Origin: Minisyncoccota bacterium
Lineage (GTDB): Bacteria; Patescibacteriota; Minisyncoccia; Phycocordibacterales; UBA9973
Reading direction: 5' to 3'
Assembly: GCA_041663005.1 (NCBI GenBank)
Contig: JBAZRK010000001.1
Location: forward strand, 222,734-286,733
DNA length: 64,000 nt
Below the pieces are notes generated by a model that was given only the letters and a program-made list of their open reading frames with translations, was not told where the DNA came from and made no database searches. How positions within the stretch are numbered: the first letter of the stretch is position 1; each line of letters opens with the position of its first letter. Of this stretch, positions 1 to 10,477 are shown piece after piece. A program made the position numbers and the translations under genes.

Positions 1-653
1 TTTCCCGTCCGGATAGTGTCTTGAATGGTAAATTAGTTTACGAAGTGAGGAAAAATTTCGGCAAAGAACTCGCTCGAGAATATCTACTTAAGGTTGATGC
101 CGTGGTGCCTGTACCGGACACCGCAATGCCCGTAGCCCTAGGCTACAGTGAAGTATCAGGCATCCCAATTGAATTATCTCTTGTAAAAAACAGGTACGTC
201 CACCGAACCTTCATTGAGCCTGACCAGAAATCTCGCGACCACAGCGTGGCACTTAAGCTTATTCCTCTTGAGAAAATGCTTAAGGGTAAAAGTGTCGCCA
301 TAATAGATGATTCGATAGTCAGGGGTACTACTAGTAAAAAATTAGTGAAGAGACTTTTCGAGGCCGGCGCGCGCGAAGTCCATTTCTTAGTTTCCTCACC
401 ACCAGTTCGTTTTCCGGATTTCTACGGCATTGATACTCCAAAGCAAAAGCACCTTATCGCCAGCAGCAAAACAGTAGAGGAAATCCGCAAATTTTTAGGA
501 GCCACGTCGCTACATTATTTGTCTCTAGGTGGATTGATTAAATCCATCGGTCTCCCAGAAGACACTTTGTGCACTTCATTTTTTACAGGAGAATATCCGA
601 TTGATTTAAAAGAAAGAGCAAAAGAAGTCAATCACAATGTCCCTAAAAAATAA
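1..653 (+). CDS. purF: Amidophosphoribosyltransferase, C-terminal PRTase part. The 5' end is truncated by the window edge.
   Basis: Open frame runs to nt 1. PRTase motif region VAIIDDSIVRGTT. Followed by purN/purD. Confidence 0.8.
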   Translation, partial: SRPDSVLNGKLVYEVRKNFGKELAREYLLKVDAVVPVPDTAMPVALGYSEVSGIPIELSLVKNRYVHRTFIEPDQKSRDHSVALKLIPLEKMLKGKSVAIIDDSIVRGTTSKKLVKRLFEAGAREVHFLVSSPPVRFPDFYGIDTPKQKHLIASSKTVEEIRKFLGATSLHYLSLGGLIKSIGLPEDTLCTSFFTGEYPIDLKERAKEVNHNVPKK

Positions 654-1188
654 AAAAAAACTTTTATTTTTAGTCCACGAAGGTAGCGCTCAGACCAATC
701 TGAAGGCGGTAAGAGATGCGATTGATGCTGGTACAATAAACGCAGAAATTTCTCTAGTAGTTTCAGACAGCGAGACATTGCCTAATCTGGAGAAAATATC
801 CCCGGATTATATCTGCCTCGCCGGATGGAAGAAAATTATACCGGAAGAGCTAATTCAAAATTATAAAATATTGAATATGCACCCCGGCTTGATTCCGGAC
901 TCAATCGATGGCACAGTAAAAAACCCGGATGGCACAGACGCGCTTTGGAATAAGGGCAAATTTACTACCAAGGCCATCCAAAATTTTATAGACCAAAAGG
1001 CCACCTACGCAGGTTCCTCAATTCATTTTTTGACTTCAGAATTCGATTTCGGCCCCGTGCTGGGCAGGTGTTTTGAGAAAATTGAGACAGGCGACACCGT
1101 GGAATCTCTTTATTCTCGCCTTAAGAAGAAAGAGAACGAATTGTACGTAGAGGTTCTAAAAAATTTAAGCAATAATGAGTATCGATAA
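637..1188 (+). CDS. purN: Phosphoribosylglycinamide formyltransferase
   Basis: 183-aa ORF. N-terminal LLFLVHEGS and NMHPGLIP fit the formyl-transferase fold. Sits in the pur operon. Confidence 0.75.
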   Translation: MSLKNKKKLLFLVHEGSAQTNLKAVRDAIDAGTINAEISLVVSDSETLPNLEKISPDYICLAGWKKIIPEELIQNYKILNMHPGLIPDSIDGTVKNPDGTDALWNKGKFTTKAIQNFIDQKATYAGSSIHFLTSEFDFGPVLGRCFEKIETGDTVESLYSRLKKKENELYVEVLKNLSNNEYR

Positions 1189-2488
1189 ACTTAAAATTTT
1201 AATAGTAGGAAGTGGCGGCAGGGAACACGCTGTTGGCTGGAAGGTTAAGCAGTCGCTTCGCGCCGGAGACATCTTCTTCGCTCCAGGGAACGCTGGCACT
1301 GCGAAGCTTGGCACCAATATAGAGATAAAGGCCACCGACATTAGTGGACTTTTGGCATTCGTTCAAAAGAACGAGATAGATTTGACCCTAGCCCTACCTG
1401 ACGACCCCCTCGCACTTGGCATTGTGGATGAATTTCAAAAAACAGGTCTCCGTATTTGGGGACCCACAAAGGCTGCGGCAAGGCTTGAGTGGTCCAAGGC
1501 ATTCTCTAAGAACTTTATGTCCGAACACGAGCTGCCAACGGCTAAGTTCGCTATTTTCAATAATCTTCCACAAGCCAAAGAATATGTGGAGAATGAAATT
1601 TTACCTATTGTTATCAAGGCTAGCGGTTTGGCGCTTGGTAAAGGTGTGGTAATTTGCGAGACAAAAGAAGAAGCTCTCCAAACACTTGAAGACATTTTTA
1701 TAAAAAAAGTTTTTGGCGATGCAGGGCAAGAAATTGTCGTGGAGAAATTTATGGCCGGGCCGGAAATTTCTATTCACGCTTTTTCTGATGGAATAAATTA
1801 TAAAATGTTCCCGCCCTCCCAAGATCACAAAAAGATAGGAGACAACGATACCGGACCAAATACTGGCGGTATGGGGACGATAGCCCCTTTGCCATTCGTG
1901 TCTAACGAATTAATAAACGAAATTGAGAAAAAAATAGTATCTAAAACTATTTCAGCGATGTCTGACTCAAAGACACCTTTCGCGGGAATTTTATACCCAG
2001 GACTCATGCTCACCAAGGATGGACCTAAAATATTGGAATACAACGCCCGCTTCGGCGATCCGGAAACACAAGTATATATGCGCTTGCTCGAAACCGATAT
2101 CTTGGATATTTTTGACGCCTGCATTGATGGCAAACTAAACAACCTAGAGATTAAATGGAAGGACTCTTTTGCCGCCAACGTTGTGCTCGCCTCCGGTGGT
2201 TATCCTGGTAACTACGAGAAGGGTAAAATTATTTCTGGAATCGAGGATGCGGAAGCTCAGAATGATGTAGTGGTTTTTCACGCCGGTACAAAAGTTGCCG
2301 AAGGCCCTGAGTCTAGTCGAAGGAAAGAAATTATGACGAACGGAGGCAGAGTCCTGGGAGTTAGCGCCATAGGACACTCTTTGGAGGAGGCACTGCAGAA
2401 AGCCTACAAAGCGGTAGAAAAAATTTCATTCGAAGGGATGCAGTACCGCAAAGACATCGGGAAGAGCGCACTTTTGCTAAAAAAATAA
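1175..2488 (+). CDS. purD: Phosphoribosylamine-glycine ligase
   Basis: LKILIVGSGGREHA N-terminus and ATP-grasp region. 437 aa. Confidence 0.9.
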   Translation: MSIDKLKILIVGSGGREHAVGWKVKQSLRAGDIFFAPGNAGTAKLGTNIEIKATDISGLLAFVQKNEIDLTLALPDDPLALGIVDEFQKTGLRIWGPTKAAARLEWSKAFSKNFMSEHELPTAKFAIFNNLPQAKEYVENEILPIVIKASGLALGKGVVICETKEEALQTLEDIFIKKVFGDAGQEIVVEKFMAGPEISIHAFSDGINYKMFPPSQDHKKIGDNDTGPNTGGMGTIAPLPFVSNELINEIEKKIVSKTISAMSDSKTPFAGILYPGLMLTKDGPKILEYNARFGDPETQVYMRLLETDILDIFDACIDGKLNNLEIKWKDSFAANVVLASGGYPGNYEKGKIISGIEDAEAQNDVVVFHAGTKVAEGPESSRRKEIMTNGGRVLGVSAIGHSLEEALQKAYKAVEKISFEGMQYRKDIGKSALLLKK

Positions 2489-2507
2489 AAATGTTAATAT
2501 AGTAAGT

Positions 2508-3026
2508 ATGATGAAAAACCCAAAAATTGGCATTATTATGGGCTCAGATTCGGATTTACCGGTCTTTGCGGAAGCAGCAAAAGTTTTAGAAGATTTCGGT
2601 GTTTCGTATGACATTACTGTGGGTTCGGCCCACAGATCACCTGAACGAGCGAAGAAGTATTCCGAAACAGCGCGCGAACGCGGTATGCAAGTCATCATTG
2701 CCGGAGCAGGAGGAGCAGCCCACCTAGCCGGGGTCATCGCAGCTCATACGACCTTACCAGTGGTAGGCCTGCCGGTAAAGTCAAAGAGCTTGGACGGACT
2801 AGATTCACTTCTCTCTACTGTTAATATGCCCCCGGGCATTCCGGTGGCTACCGTAGGCATCGACGCTGGCAAGAATGCCGGACTACTCGCAGTACAGATA
2901 TTGGCTACTTCGGACAAAGAGCTCGCGGATAAATTTGTAGCCTATAAAGAAAAAATGGCCAAGGATCAGGACGAAAAAGGTAACAAGCTTTCTGAAATTG
3001 GATATAAAAAGTATTTGCAAAAATAA
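2508..3026 (+). CDS. purE: N5-CAIR mutase / AIR carboxylase catalytic subunit
   Basis: KIGIIMGSDSDLP ... AGGAAHLAG signature. 172 aa. Confidence 0.85.
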   Translation: MMKNPKIGIIMGSDSDLPVFAEAAKVLEDFGVSYDITVGSAHRSPERAKKYSETARERGMQVIIAGAGGAAHLAGVIAAHTTLPVVGLPVKSKSLDGLDSLLSTVNMPPGIPVATVGIDAGKNAGLLAVQILATSDKELADKFVAYKEKMAKDQDEKGNKLSEIGYKKYLQK

Positions 3027-3029
3027 AAT

Positions 3030-4187
3030 ATGAGCGACCTCTCAGGCAAAAAAGTTTATTCGAAGGATGGGGTAGACGTAGAAGAGGAAGCTTTGTTCAG
3101 TAGTTTTGCGGGTGCGGTATGTAAAGATAGCTACAATAATTCTCAATATGTAGAAGTGCAAGACCTATCTGGTGGGAATTTTCGCGGGCCAAGGCCGTTT
3201 GTTTTTAAAAATTTACCTGAGGGGTATTTCATCGAAGCTACTGCCGATGGTATTGGTACCAAAGGAATTCTGATTGACGCCGCTAAAACTCACCACCTAG
3301 CTGCTTATGACATTATTGCAATGACCGCAAGCGACATTACCCGCTTCGGTGGTTTACCTTTGGTATTTATAAATATTTTAGATACTGTATCTGTGGGCAC
3401 CAAGGGCGGGGAAGTAAGCGAAGCGTACAAAAGTGCGATTGCCGGCTTAGGTGAAGTTGCGAAACTTAGCAAAATTGTGGCACTTAAGGGTGAAACGGCT
3501 CAGATGGGTGACGCTCTAGGCTCTGAGATATCGACTTCTCCCACAAAGTTGAACTGGTCAGGAGTTATGATTGGCGCATACCACAAGAATAAAATGATTA
3601 CTGGTGAGAGCCTGGCACCGGGCCAAGTCATCATCGCCCTCAAGGAAAATGGTTTCCGAAGCAACGGTATTAGTTCTGTGCGCAAAGCTTTTAGAGAAAA
3701 ATTTGGAGAGAAATGGTGGGAAAATCCTGATGCATCTGCCGATATTAAAAGTGCCGCAGCTCAATCCGTACTTTATGATATGTATGTAAACACTTTACAC
3801 GGATGGTTTAGTAAAGATTTTACGCCAGAGATTAAAATTCATTCCGTTGTACATCTCTCCGGCGGAGCTATGAAAGAGAAGCTCGCCAAAGATATTCTTT
3901 TCCCCAAAAAACTCTCGGCCGAACTTTTTGATTTGTGGGAGCCTCCTCTGATAATGAAGAAATGCGCCGAATGGCATAAAATTAGCGATGAAGAATTCTA
4001 CGAAGTCTGGAATGGTGGTCAAGGAATGCTTATAGTGGTAAACGAGGAAGATGCCGAGCAGGCAGTTAACCGAGCGCGAGATTTCGGTGTAGAGGCAAGA
4101 ATTGCCGGTAAAATTGTAAGGGAAGACAGCCCCCAAGTTTCTATTCTATCCAAATTAAATCCTGGAAAAATTATTATTTATAAATAA
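3030..4187 (+). CDS. purM: AIR synthetase-related protein (PurM family)
   Basis: ATADGIGTKG and DIIAMTASDI motifs of the PurM/PurL superfamily. Sits in the pur operon. Confidence 0.7.
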   Translation: MSDLSGKKVYSKDGVDVEEEALFSSFAGAVCKDSYNNSQYVEVQDLSGGNFRGPRPFVFKNLPEGYFIEATADGIGTKGILIDAAKTHHLAAYDIIAMTASDITRFGGLPLVFINILDTVSVGTKGGEVSEAYKSAIAGLGEVAKLSKIVALKGETAQMGDALGSEISTSPTKLNWSGVMIGAYHKNKMITGESLAPGQVIIALKENGFRSNGISSVRKAFREKFGEKWWENPDASADIKSAAAQSVLYDMYVNTLHGWFSKDFTPEIKIHSVVHLSGGAMKEKLAKDILFPKKLSAELFDLWEPPLIMKKCAEWHKISDEEFYEVWNGGQGMLIVVNEEDAEQAVNRARDFGVEARIAGKIVREDSPQVSILSKLNPGKIIIYK

Positions 4188-4195
4188 AGATTCAA

Positions 4196-5152
4196 ATGGA
4201 GATAGAGAAAATCAAAGAACACATCGATGATGTTTTAAAAGAAACTAATTTCCCGGAGCTAGGCAAAAAGAAAGCAGGGAAGGTCCGAGATATCTACGAC
4301 GGTGGCGATCGTCTCACGCTCATAGCCACGGACCGACATTCTTCATTCGACCGTGTGATCGCCCACATACCTTTCAAGGGTGAGGTACTAAACCAAATTA
4401 GCCTTTACTGGTTTGAGCAAACCAAAGATATTGTTCCGAATCATGTAATAAGCACGCCCGACCCGAACATTACCGTTGGGAAAAAGATGAAGCTTGTCCC
4501 CGTAGAAGCGGTTATGCGTGGATACTTGACCGGCGTGACTGACACTTCTATCTGGACCCGCTACCAGAAGGGGCTTCGTCAATTTGGAGATTTAACTTTG
4601 CCGGACGGTCTAAAAAAGAACACAAAATTGCCAAATCCAATCTTTGACCCCACGACCAAGGAAGATACCCACGATCGAGCCATCAGCCCTGACCAGATGA
4701 TAGAGGAAGGTCTCATAACAAAGGAATTGCTGACACAGATTAAGGAAGCAGCAACAAAGCTTTTCCTTCGAGGCCAAGAGCTTGCTTTGAAACGCGGACT
4801 CATACTGGTGGACACCAAGTACGAATTCGGCACGGATGAAAACGGTAAATTGGTTCTCATAGATGAGATTCATACTCCGGATTCTTCACGCTACTGGAAT
4901 GCTGGAAGCTATGAGGAGAGGTTTGAGAAAGGGGAGGAGCCGGAATACTTCGATAAAGAATTTCTGCGCCTTTGGTTCAAGGAAAATTGCGACCCTTATA
5001 AGGATGCCATTTTGCCCGAGGCGCCGAAGGACCTCGTAGCCGAACTTTCTCGTCGATACATTGAGATATTCGAGAGGATTACTGGCCAGCCGTTCGAGCA
5101 CGACTTCTCCCTGCCGGTTATGGAGCGAATTACGAAAAACCTTAAGAAATAA
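4196..5152 (+). CDS. purC: SAICAR synthetase
   Basis: GKVRDIY...TDRHSSFDR motif. 318 aa. Confidence 0.85.
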   Translation: MEIEKIKEHIDDVLKETNFPELGKKKAGKVRDIYDGGDRLTLIATDRHSSFDRVIAHIPFKGEVLNQISLYWFEQTKDIVPNHVISTPDPNITVGKKMKLVPVEAVMRGYLTGVTDTSIWTRYQKGLRQFGDLTLPDGLKKNTKLPNPIFDPTTKEDTHDRAISPDQMIEEGLITKELLTQIKEAATKLFLRGQELALKRGLILVDTKYEFGTDENGKLVLIDEIHTPDSSRYWNAGSYEERFEKGEEPEYFDKEFLRLWFKENCDPYKDAILPEAPKDLVAELSRRYIEIFERITGQPFEHDFSLPVMERITKNLKK

Positions 5153-5166
5153 GGAGATTTTCGTTA

Positions 5167-5195
5167 TTGCAATTTATTATTTAATGTGGTATAAT
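5167..5195 (+). promoter_or_regulatory. Sigma70-like promoter for purB: TTGCAA, 17-nt spacer, TGgTATAAT (extended -10). The predicted transcript is near-leaderless.
   Basis: Read directly: ttgcaa tttattatttaatgtgg tataat. The -10 box ends 8 nt before the purB ATG at 5204, and no Shine-Dalgarno sequence is present. Confidence 0.5.
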
Positions 5196-5203
5196 ATAAT
5201 GAT

Positions 5204-6571
5204 ATGGTAAACAACGCGATTAGCCCCCTAGACGGTAGATATTTTTCGAAAACTCGCACCCTAGCGCCTTATTTCTCCGAGGAGGCGTTAATGAAATACC
5301 GATTGGCAATGGAAGCAGAGTACCTAATCGCCCTGTCACTATCCAGGAAAACTGCATTAAGGAAATTTACTCCAGCAGAAATAAAAATTATAAGGACCCT
5401 CGTAGAAAAATTTAACGACGACTCCTATAATAAAATAAAAGAAATAGAAAAAACTACCAACCACGACGTGAAGGCGGTGGAGTATTTTATCAAGGAGCGC
5501 CTATCGAAAACCTCACTCAAAGACTCAACTGAATGGGTCCATTTTGCGCTAACCTCTGAAGATACCAACAACATTGCTTACGGAATGATACTAAGCGACG
5601 CCACAGAGAACATCCTCCTTCCAAAGCTTCTAAAAATTGTGGCTGAACTTAAAACACTAGCCAAGCACCACAAAGATCTCCCAATGCTCGCTAGAACCCA
5701 CGGCCAGCCAGCCACTCCAACGACTTTCGGCAAAGAAATGAACGTCTTCGCGGAAAGACTCGACCGAGGATTAAAGCACCTACTGGGGCAAAAGATTCAA
5801 GTTAAATTAAATGGCGCCTCCGGCAACTACAATGCCCATATGGCAGCCTATCCTAAGGTTGACTGGCTCAAGTGGAGTGAAACATTCGTGGCCGGCCTAA
5901 ATAAGAAACGAAAATTTGCTCTGGAGCTTAACCCACTCACGACCCAAATTGAACCTCACGATTCATACGTGGAACTTTTCGACCGCATTAAACGCTTCAA
6001 CAATATCCTTGTCGACTTAAACCAAGATATGTGGAGATATATTTCCGACGAATGGGTGGTCCAGAAACCTAAGCCCGGAGAAGTGGGCTCATCCACTATG
6101 CCTCATAAAATTAACCCGATATTCTTCGAGAACAGCGAGGGTAACCTAGGCTTGGGCAACGCTCTCTTTGAATTCTTCGGCAGGAAGTTGCCAATTTCTC
6201 GTCTACAGCGAGACCTCTCGGACTCCACAGTAGAACGCAATATGGGTGTAGCCTTCGCGCACTCACTGGTTGCCTACGAGTACTTACTTGAGGGACTTGC
6301 AAGAATTAGCGTTAACGAACACAACGTCGTTGCCGCACTCACTAAACACCCGGAAGTTATAGGCGAAGCTATTCAGACAATCTTACGCCGAGAAGGTATA
6401 GAGGCTCCGTATGAGAAATTGAAAGAACTTACCAGGGGCAAAGAGAACACACTGGAAGCTATTCACGCTTTTGTAGGAACTCTAAAAGTAAGTGACAAAG
6501 TGAAAAAAGAACTGCTTAAACTCACGCCGGAAAACTACACCGGCCTTGCATCACACCTCGCTTCAAAGTAA
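5204..6571 (+). CDS. purB: Adenylosuccinate lyase
   Basis: N-terminal SPLDGRY. 455 aa of the fumarate-lyase family. Sits in pur context. Confidence 0.9.
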   Translation: MVNNAISPLDGRYFSKTRTLAPYFSEEALMKYRLAMEAEYLIALSLSRKTALRKFTPAEIKIIRTLVEKFNDDSYNKIKEIEKTTNHDVKAVEYFIKERLSKTSLKDSTEWVHFALTSEDTNNIAYGMILSDATENILLPKLLKIVAELKTLAKHHKDLPMLARTHGQPATPTTFGKEMNVFAERLDRGLKHLLGQKIQVKLNGASGNYNAHMAAYPKVDWLKWSETFVAGLNKKRKFALELNPLTTQIEPHDSYVELFDRIKRFNNILVDLNQDMWRYISDEWVVQKPKPGEVGSSTMPHKINPIFFENSEGNLGLGNALFEFFGRKLPISRLQRDLSDSTVERNMGVAFAHSLVAYEYLLEGLARISVNEHNVVAALTKHPEVIGEAIQTILRREGIEAPYEKLKELTRGKENTLEAIHAFVGTLKVSDKVKKELLKLTPENYTGLASHLASK

Positions 6572-6580
6572 GATGACAGT

Positions 6581-6844
6581 ATGGCTTTGCGTATTTTAGC
6601 GTCCGCGGTACTGTTGTTTTCTGTGATTTATTTGCCTTTTTGGGTGACTGTAATTCTAGCACTCGCTGGAATAATTTATTTTTCGGTTTACTGGGAAGCT
6701 GTGGCACTCTTGTTCCTCTCTGACGTACTGTATGGAGTAAGCGAAGATAAGTTTTTTGGTATGGTCTTCGTTTCTTTTTTTGTATCCCTTATAGTTTTAT
6801 TCGCAGTGGAAGCTCTTAAGAAAAAGTTGAAATTTTATCGTTAA
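6581..6844 (+). CDS. Small multi-pass membrane protein (hypothetical)
   Basis: 87 aa, almost entirely hydrophobic. Immediately upstream of the PBP2 gene. Confidence 0.45.
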   Translation: MALRILASAVLLFSVIYLPFWVTVILALAGIIYFSVYWEAVALLFLSDVLYGVSEDKFFGMVFVSFFVSLIVLFAVEALKKKLKFYR

Positions 6845-6850
6845 CCATAA

Positions 6851-8542
6851 ATGGTCTGGAGAATTTTTAGAAAAAACAATAGAAGGGAAAATAATTTCGT
6901 AGAGCCCGATGAAATTTTTCTTGATTCAAAAAACTTAGCAAACTTCGACCGACAGCAATTCGAGGGCCGACTTGAGAAAACGATTCCGAAGAAAACAATT
7001 ATAATGCTCGGGGGTTTGTTCCTGTTTATATGCATGGTTTTCGGTGCGCGGCTTGTGTATCTTCAGGTTGAGAAAGGGGAGTCATATTTCAGCCGAAGCC
7101 AAAACAACGTCCTCGAAAAAGTTATTATTTTCGCCGACCGAGGCATAATCTACGACCGTAACAAAGTTGAGCTCGCTTGGAATAAAAAGGACGAAGAAGA
7201 GGCTGTGCCCACCAGGGCCTATATAAGCCCTGGCTTTTCACACCTTTTAGGCTACGTGAGCTACCCAGCCAAGGACAAATCGGGTAACTACTGGCAAGGA
7301 GAATTTATCGGCAAGGACGGCCTAGAAAAACAGTATGATGATATGCTAACAGGGGAGAACGGCGCGAAAATAATTGAAACCGACGCCCGAGGAAAAACTT
7401 ATTCCGAAAACATAGTCAACGCTCCGGAACAAGGTAAAGACCTTGTGACTTCGATAGATTCCGGAATTCAAAAAGAGCTCTTCACTTTAATAAAAAATAT
7501 GGCTGAGAAAAACTCATTTTCCGGCGGCGCAGGACTCATAATGGATGTCCGCAACGGAGAGCTCATTGTCTCGACCAGTTTTCCTGAATATAATTCTGAA
7601 GTTCTCTCGCTTGGAGAAGACAAGGCTTTAATTAATGGCTACTTAACGGATAAAAGGAAGGCCTTCCTCGAGCGTGACATTTCCGGACTTTATACTCCCG
7701 GCTCAATCGTTAAGCCATTCTTTGCCTTGGCGGCCTTGTCAGAAAAGATTATTGACCCTTACAAGGAAATTCTTTCCACCGGTTCGATCTCAATACCGAA
7801 TCCATATTTCCCAGAACAGAAAACTATCTTCAAGGACTGGCGTGTTAACGGTTGGACCAATATGATGGAGGCAATAGCTGTGTCTTCGGACATATATTTC
7901 TACTCTGTCGGCGGTGGCTTCGAAGGACAAAAAGGACTGGGTATTGCGAAAATCGAAGAGTACTCGAAAACGTTTGGAATGGATGAAAAGACCGGCATCG
8001 ATCGGCCTGATGAAAAATCGGGGTCCATACCAAGCCCTGAATGGAAATTGCTTAAATTTGACGGCGACCCTTGGCGATTAGGGGACACTTATCACACTGC
8101 CATAGGCCAATACGGATTTCAGGTGACACCCCTCGAGATGGTACGTGCCACAGGAGCTCTAGCAAACAACGGCAAGCTCCTCAATCCTCACCTAGTTATG
8201 AATGACGCCTCCAGGGAAGGCGTGGCTCGGGAAATCGATCTCAATGCCAAGGATTATGAATTTGTGCGCCAAGGAATGCGCGAAGCTGTAACCTACGGCA
8301 CAGCCGCAAGTCTCAATGTTCCGTACGTTGACGTAGCTGCTAAGACCGGTACAGCGCAAGTGGGGATTTCTAAAAATAAAGTTAACTCCTGGGTTATTGG
8401 ATTTTTCCCTTACGAAAATCCCAAATACGCTTTTACTATAATGATGGAGGCAGGGCCCTCCACGGGCAACGTCGGCGCTTCTTCCATAATGCGCCAGCTC
8501 CTTGACTGGATGACAATTAATACGCCGGCGTATTTTGAATAG
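6851..8542 (+). CDS. Penicillin-binding protein 2-type peptidoglycan D,D-transpeptidase
   Basis: 563 aa with an N-terminal membrane anchor. Dimerisation and transpeptidase regions (KTGTA) are present. Confidence 0.8.
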   Translation: MVWRIFRKNNRRENNFVEPDEIFLDSKNLANFDRQQFEGRLEKTIPKKTIIMLGGLFLFICMVFGARLVYLQVEKGESYFSRSQNNVLEKVIIFADRGIIYDRNKVELAWNKKDEEEAVPTRAYISPGFSHLLGYVSYPAKDKSGNYWQGEFIGKDGLEKQYDDMLTGENGAKIIETDARGKTYSENIVNAPEQGKDLVTSIDSGIQKELFTLIKNMAEKNSFSGGAGLIMDVRNGELIVSTSFPEYNSEVLSLGEDKALINGYLTDKRKAFLERDISGLYTPGSIVKPFFALAALSEKIIDPYKEILSTGSISIPNPYFPEQKTIFKDWRVNGWTNMMEAIAVSSDIYFYSVGGGFEGQKGLGIAKIEEYSKTFGMDEKTGIDRPDEKSGSIPSPEWKLLKFDGDPWRLGDTYHTAIGQYGFQVTPLEMVRATGALANNGKLLNPHLVMNDASREGVAREIDLNAKDYEFVRQGMREAVTYGTAASLNVPYVDVAAKTGTAQVGISKNKVNSWVIGFFPYENPKYAFTIMMEAGPSTGNVGASSIMRQLLDWMTINTPAYFE

Positions 8543-8585
8543 ACAATTCGTTTGCGTTTTTCGTACCATTTTATATACTATAGCT

Positions 8586-8816
8586 ATGCGAAAAGCACGA
8601 ATACTTCTCACTTTTGGAGTTTGGGTGGCCATATTGCCTTACTTGGGATTTCCGTACTCCTGGAAGTCCACCTTGTTCACTTTGACGGGGTTGGGCCTTA
8701 TTTATTTCAGCTATGTGATGTATCAGGACTACCACAAAGATAGCACTGAAGAAAACACTTTTGACAACTTTCGAGAAAATTCAAATTTTGACGACACGCA
8801 AATAGATGGACAATAA
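8586..8816 (+). CDS. Small membrane protein (hypothetical). The start is probably at the internal Met (MRKARILL...).
   Basis: The ORF track gives 8535..8816. The hydrophobic core is followed by an acidic tail. It overlaps the ctpA start. Confidence 0.35.
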   Translation: MRKARILLTFGVWVAILPYLGFPYSWKSTLFTLTGLGLIYFSYVMYQDYHKDSTEENTFDNFRENSNFDDTQIDGQ

Positions 8817-10023
8817 ATTTTCCAAAATAAGACATTACGGCGCCCCTGTTTTGCTCGTAATAATATTTTTCTCTTTAGGTTTTTATTTTGGGAAGGATAG
8901 GCGTCTCGAGATAGAAAAAGTCGTCGGTATTTCCGGCAAAGAAACCGCCGTGGAAACTACCGCGGATTTTTCGCCGTTTTGGAAAGTTTGGAATAAAATT
9001 AACGAGAAGTACCCGTCAGCATCTAAAATTTCCGATCAGGATAAGGTCTATGGAGCTATTCAAGGCCTCGTAGCCTCTCTCGACGACCCTTACAGCGTCT
9101 ATTTCGACCCAGAAGAGACTAAGTCCTTCAAGGAAGACATCGCTGGTAACTTCGAGGGTGTCGGGATGGAAGTCGGACTTAAAGACAAGTTCTTGACGGT
9201 GATAGCCCCACTTAAAGATACCCCGGCCTATCGCGCAGGCATAAAGCCGGGTGATAAAATTCTTAAAATTGACGAAACCTCAACCTCTGGACTAAGTGTG
9301 GAGGAAGCTATTAAATTAATTCGCGGACAAAAAGGTACCTCGGTAATGCTCACCATAGCACGAGCGGGTGAAAACAAACCAAGGGAAATAAAGATAGTAC
9401 GAGACACTATAAACATACCGACGCTTGATACAGAGTTGCGCGCCGACGGAATTTTCGTAATTCGCCTTTACAGCTTTTCTTCAAATTCCGCTAACCTTTT
9501 CCGAATCGCCCTGAAAGAATTCACCGAAGCGAAAACAGACAAACTGCTCCTCGACCTGCGAGGTAATCCTGGTGGCTACTTGAGCGCTGCGATTGATATG
9601 GCCAGCTGGTTCATAGACAGCGGCAAAATAGTTGTCACCGAGGATTACGGCAACAACCAGGAGGCGGAAGTATTCCGCAGCCGAGGCTACGACGTGTTTA
9701 ATGATAAATTGAAATTCGTTATTTTAATAGACGGTGGTTCAGCCTCCGCTTCAGAGATTCTGGCCGGAGCACTCCAAAGCCACGGACGTGCCAAGCTTGT
9801 CGGTACCCAGAGTTTCGGTAAAGGTTCCGTTCAGGAAATGATAGACATTACCCCGACAACCAGCCTAAAAATTACCGTCGCTAAATGGTTAACTCCCGAT
9901 GGTATTTCAATTTCCGAAAAAGGTTTGACCCCGGATTACGTTGTTGAACTCACAGAGAAAGACGCCGCCGCCAAAAAAGACCCTCAGCTGGACAAAGCGG
10001 TAGAATTGTTATTAAATTGGTAA
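8806..10023 (+). CDS. ctpA: Carboxy-terminal processing protease (S41) with PDZ domain
   Basis: PDZ region GIKPGDKILKID. S41 catalytic region GGSASASEILAGALQ ... KG. Confidence 0.8.
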   Translation: MDNKFSKIRHYGAPVLLVIIFFSLGFYFGKDRRLEIEKVVGISGKETAVETTADFSPFWKVWNKINEKYPSASKISDQDKVYGAIQGLVASLDDPYSVYFDPEETKSFKEDIAGNFEGVGMEVGLKDKFLTVIAPLKDTPAYRAGIKPGDKILKIDETSTSGLSVEEAIKLIRGQKGTSVMLTIARAGENKPREIKIVRDTINIPTLDTELRADGIFVIRLYSFSSNSANLFRIALKEFTEAKTDKLLLDLRGNPGGYLSAAIDMASWFIDSGKIVVTEDYGNNQEAEVFRSRGYDVFNDKLKFVILIDGGSASASEILAGALQSHGRAKLVGTQSFGKGSVQEMIDITPTTSLKITVAKWLTPDGISISEKGLTPDYVVELTEKDAAAKKDPQLDKAVELLLNW

Positions 10024-10033
10024 AATTAAAATT

Positions 10034-10477
10034 ATGAAAGTTATATTTCTTCAAGATGTGCCCAGGGTAGGGAAGCGGCACGATATAAAGGAGGTTAACG
10101 ATGGTTACGCTATGAATTTTCTCTTACCTAGGAAACTCGCAGCGATAGCCACACCTCAAGCCATCTCTGAACTTGAACAACGAAAACAAAGTATCGAAAT
10201 AGAGAAAAAGGTGCAAGAAGACCTTTTGCTTAAAAATTTGGAACAGATTAAAAGCAAAGTGGTGCATATGAAAGGCAAGGCCGATGACAAAGGTCACCTT
10301 TTTTCAGGTATCCACGCCAAAGAAATAGTTGAAGCACTGCATAGCGAACACCACGCCGAGGTTTCTGTTGAATCGATCGCTTTAACAAAACCAATCAAGG
10401 AGGTTGGGGAGTTCGAAGTTCCGGTAAAAGTTGGTAGCAAAAAATCCTCGTTCAAGCTTATAATCGAAAGAATTTAA
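10034..10477 (+). CDS. rplI: 50S ribosomal protein L9
   Basis: MKVIFLQDV...GYAMNFLLP N-terminus. Confidence 0.9.
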   Translation: MKVIFLQDVPRVGKRHDIKEVNDGYAMNFLLPRKLAAIATPQAISELEQRKQSIEIEKKVQEDLLLKNLEQIKSKVVHMKGKADDKGHLFSGIHAKEIVEALHSEHHAEVSVESIALTKPIKEVGEFEVPVKVGSKKSSFKLIIERI

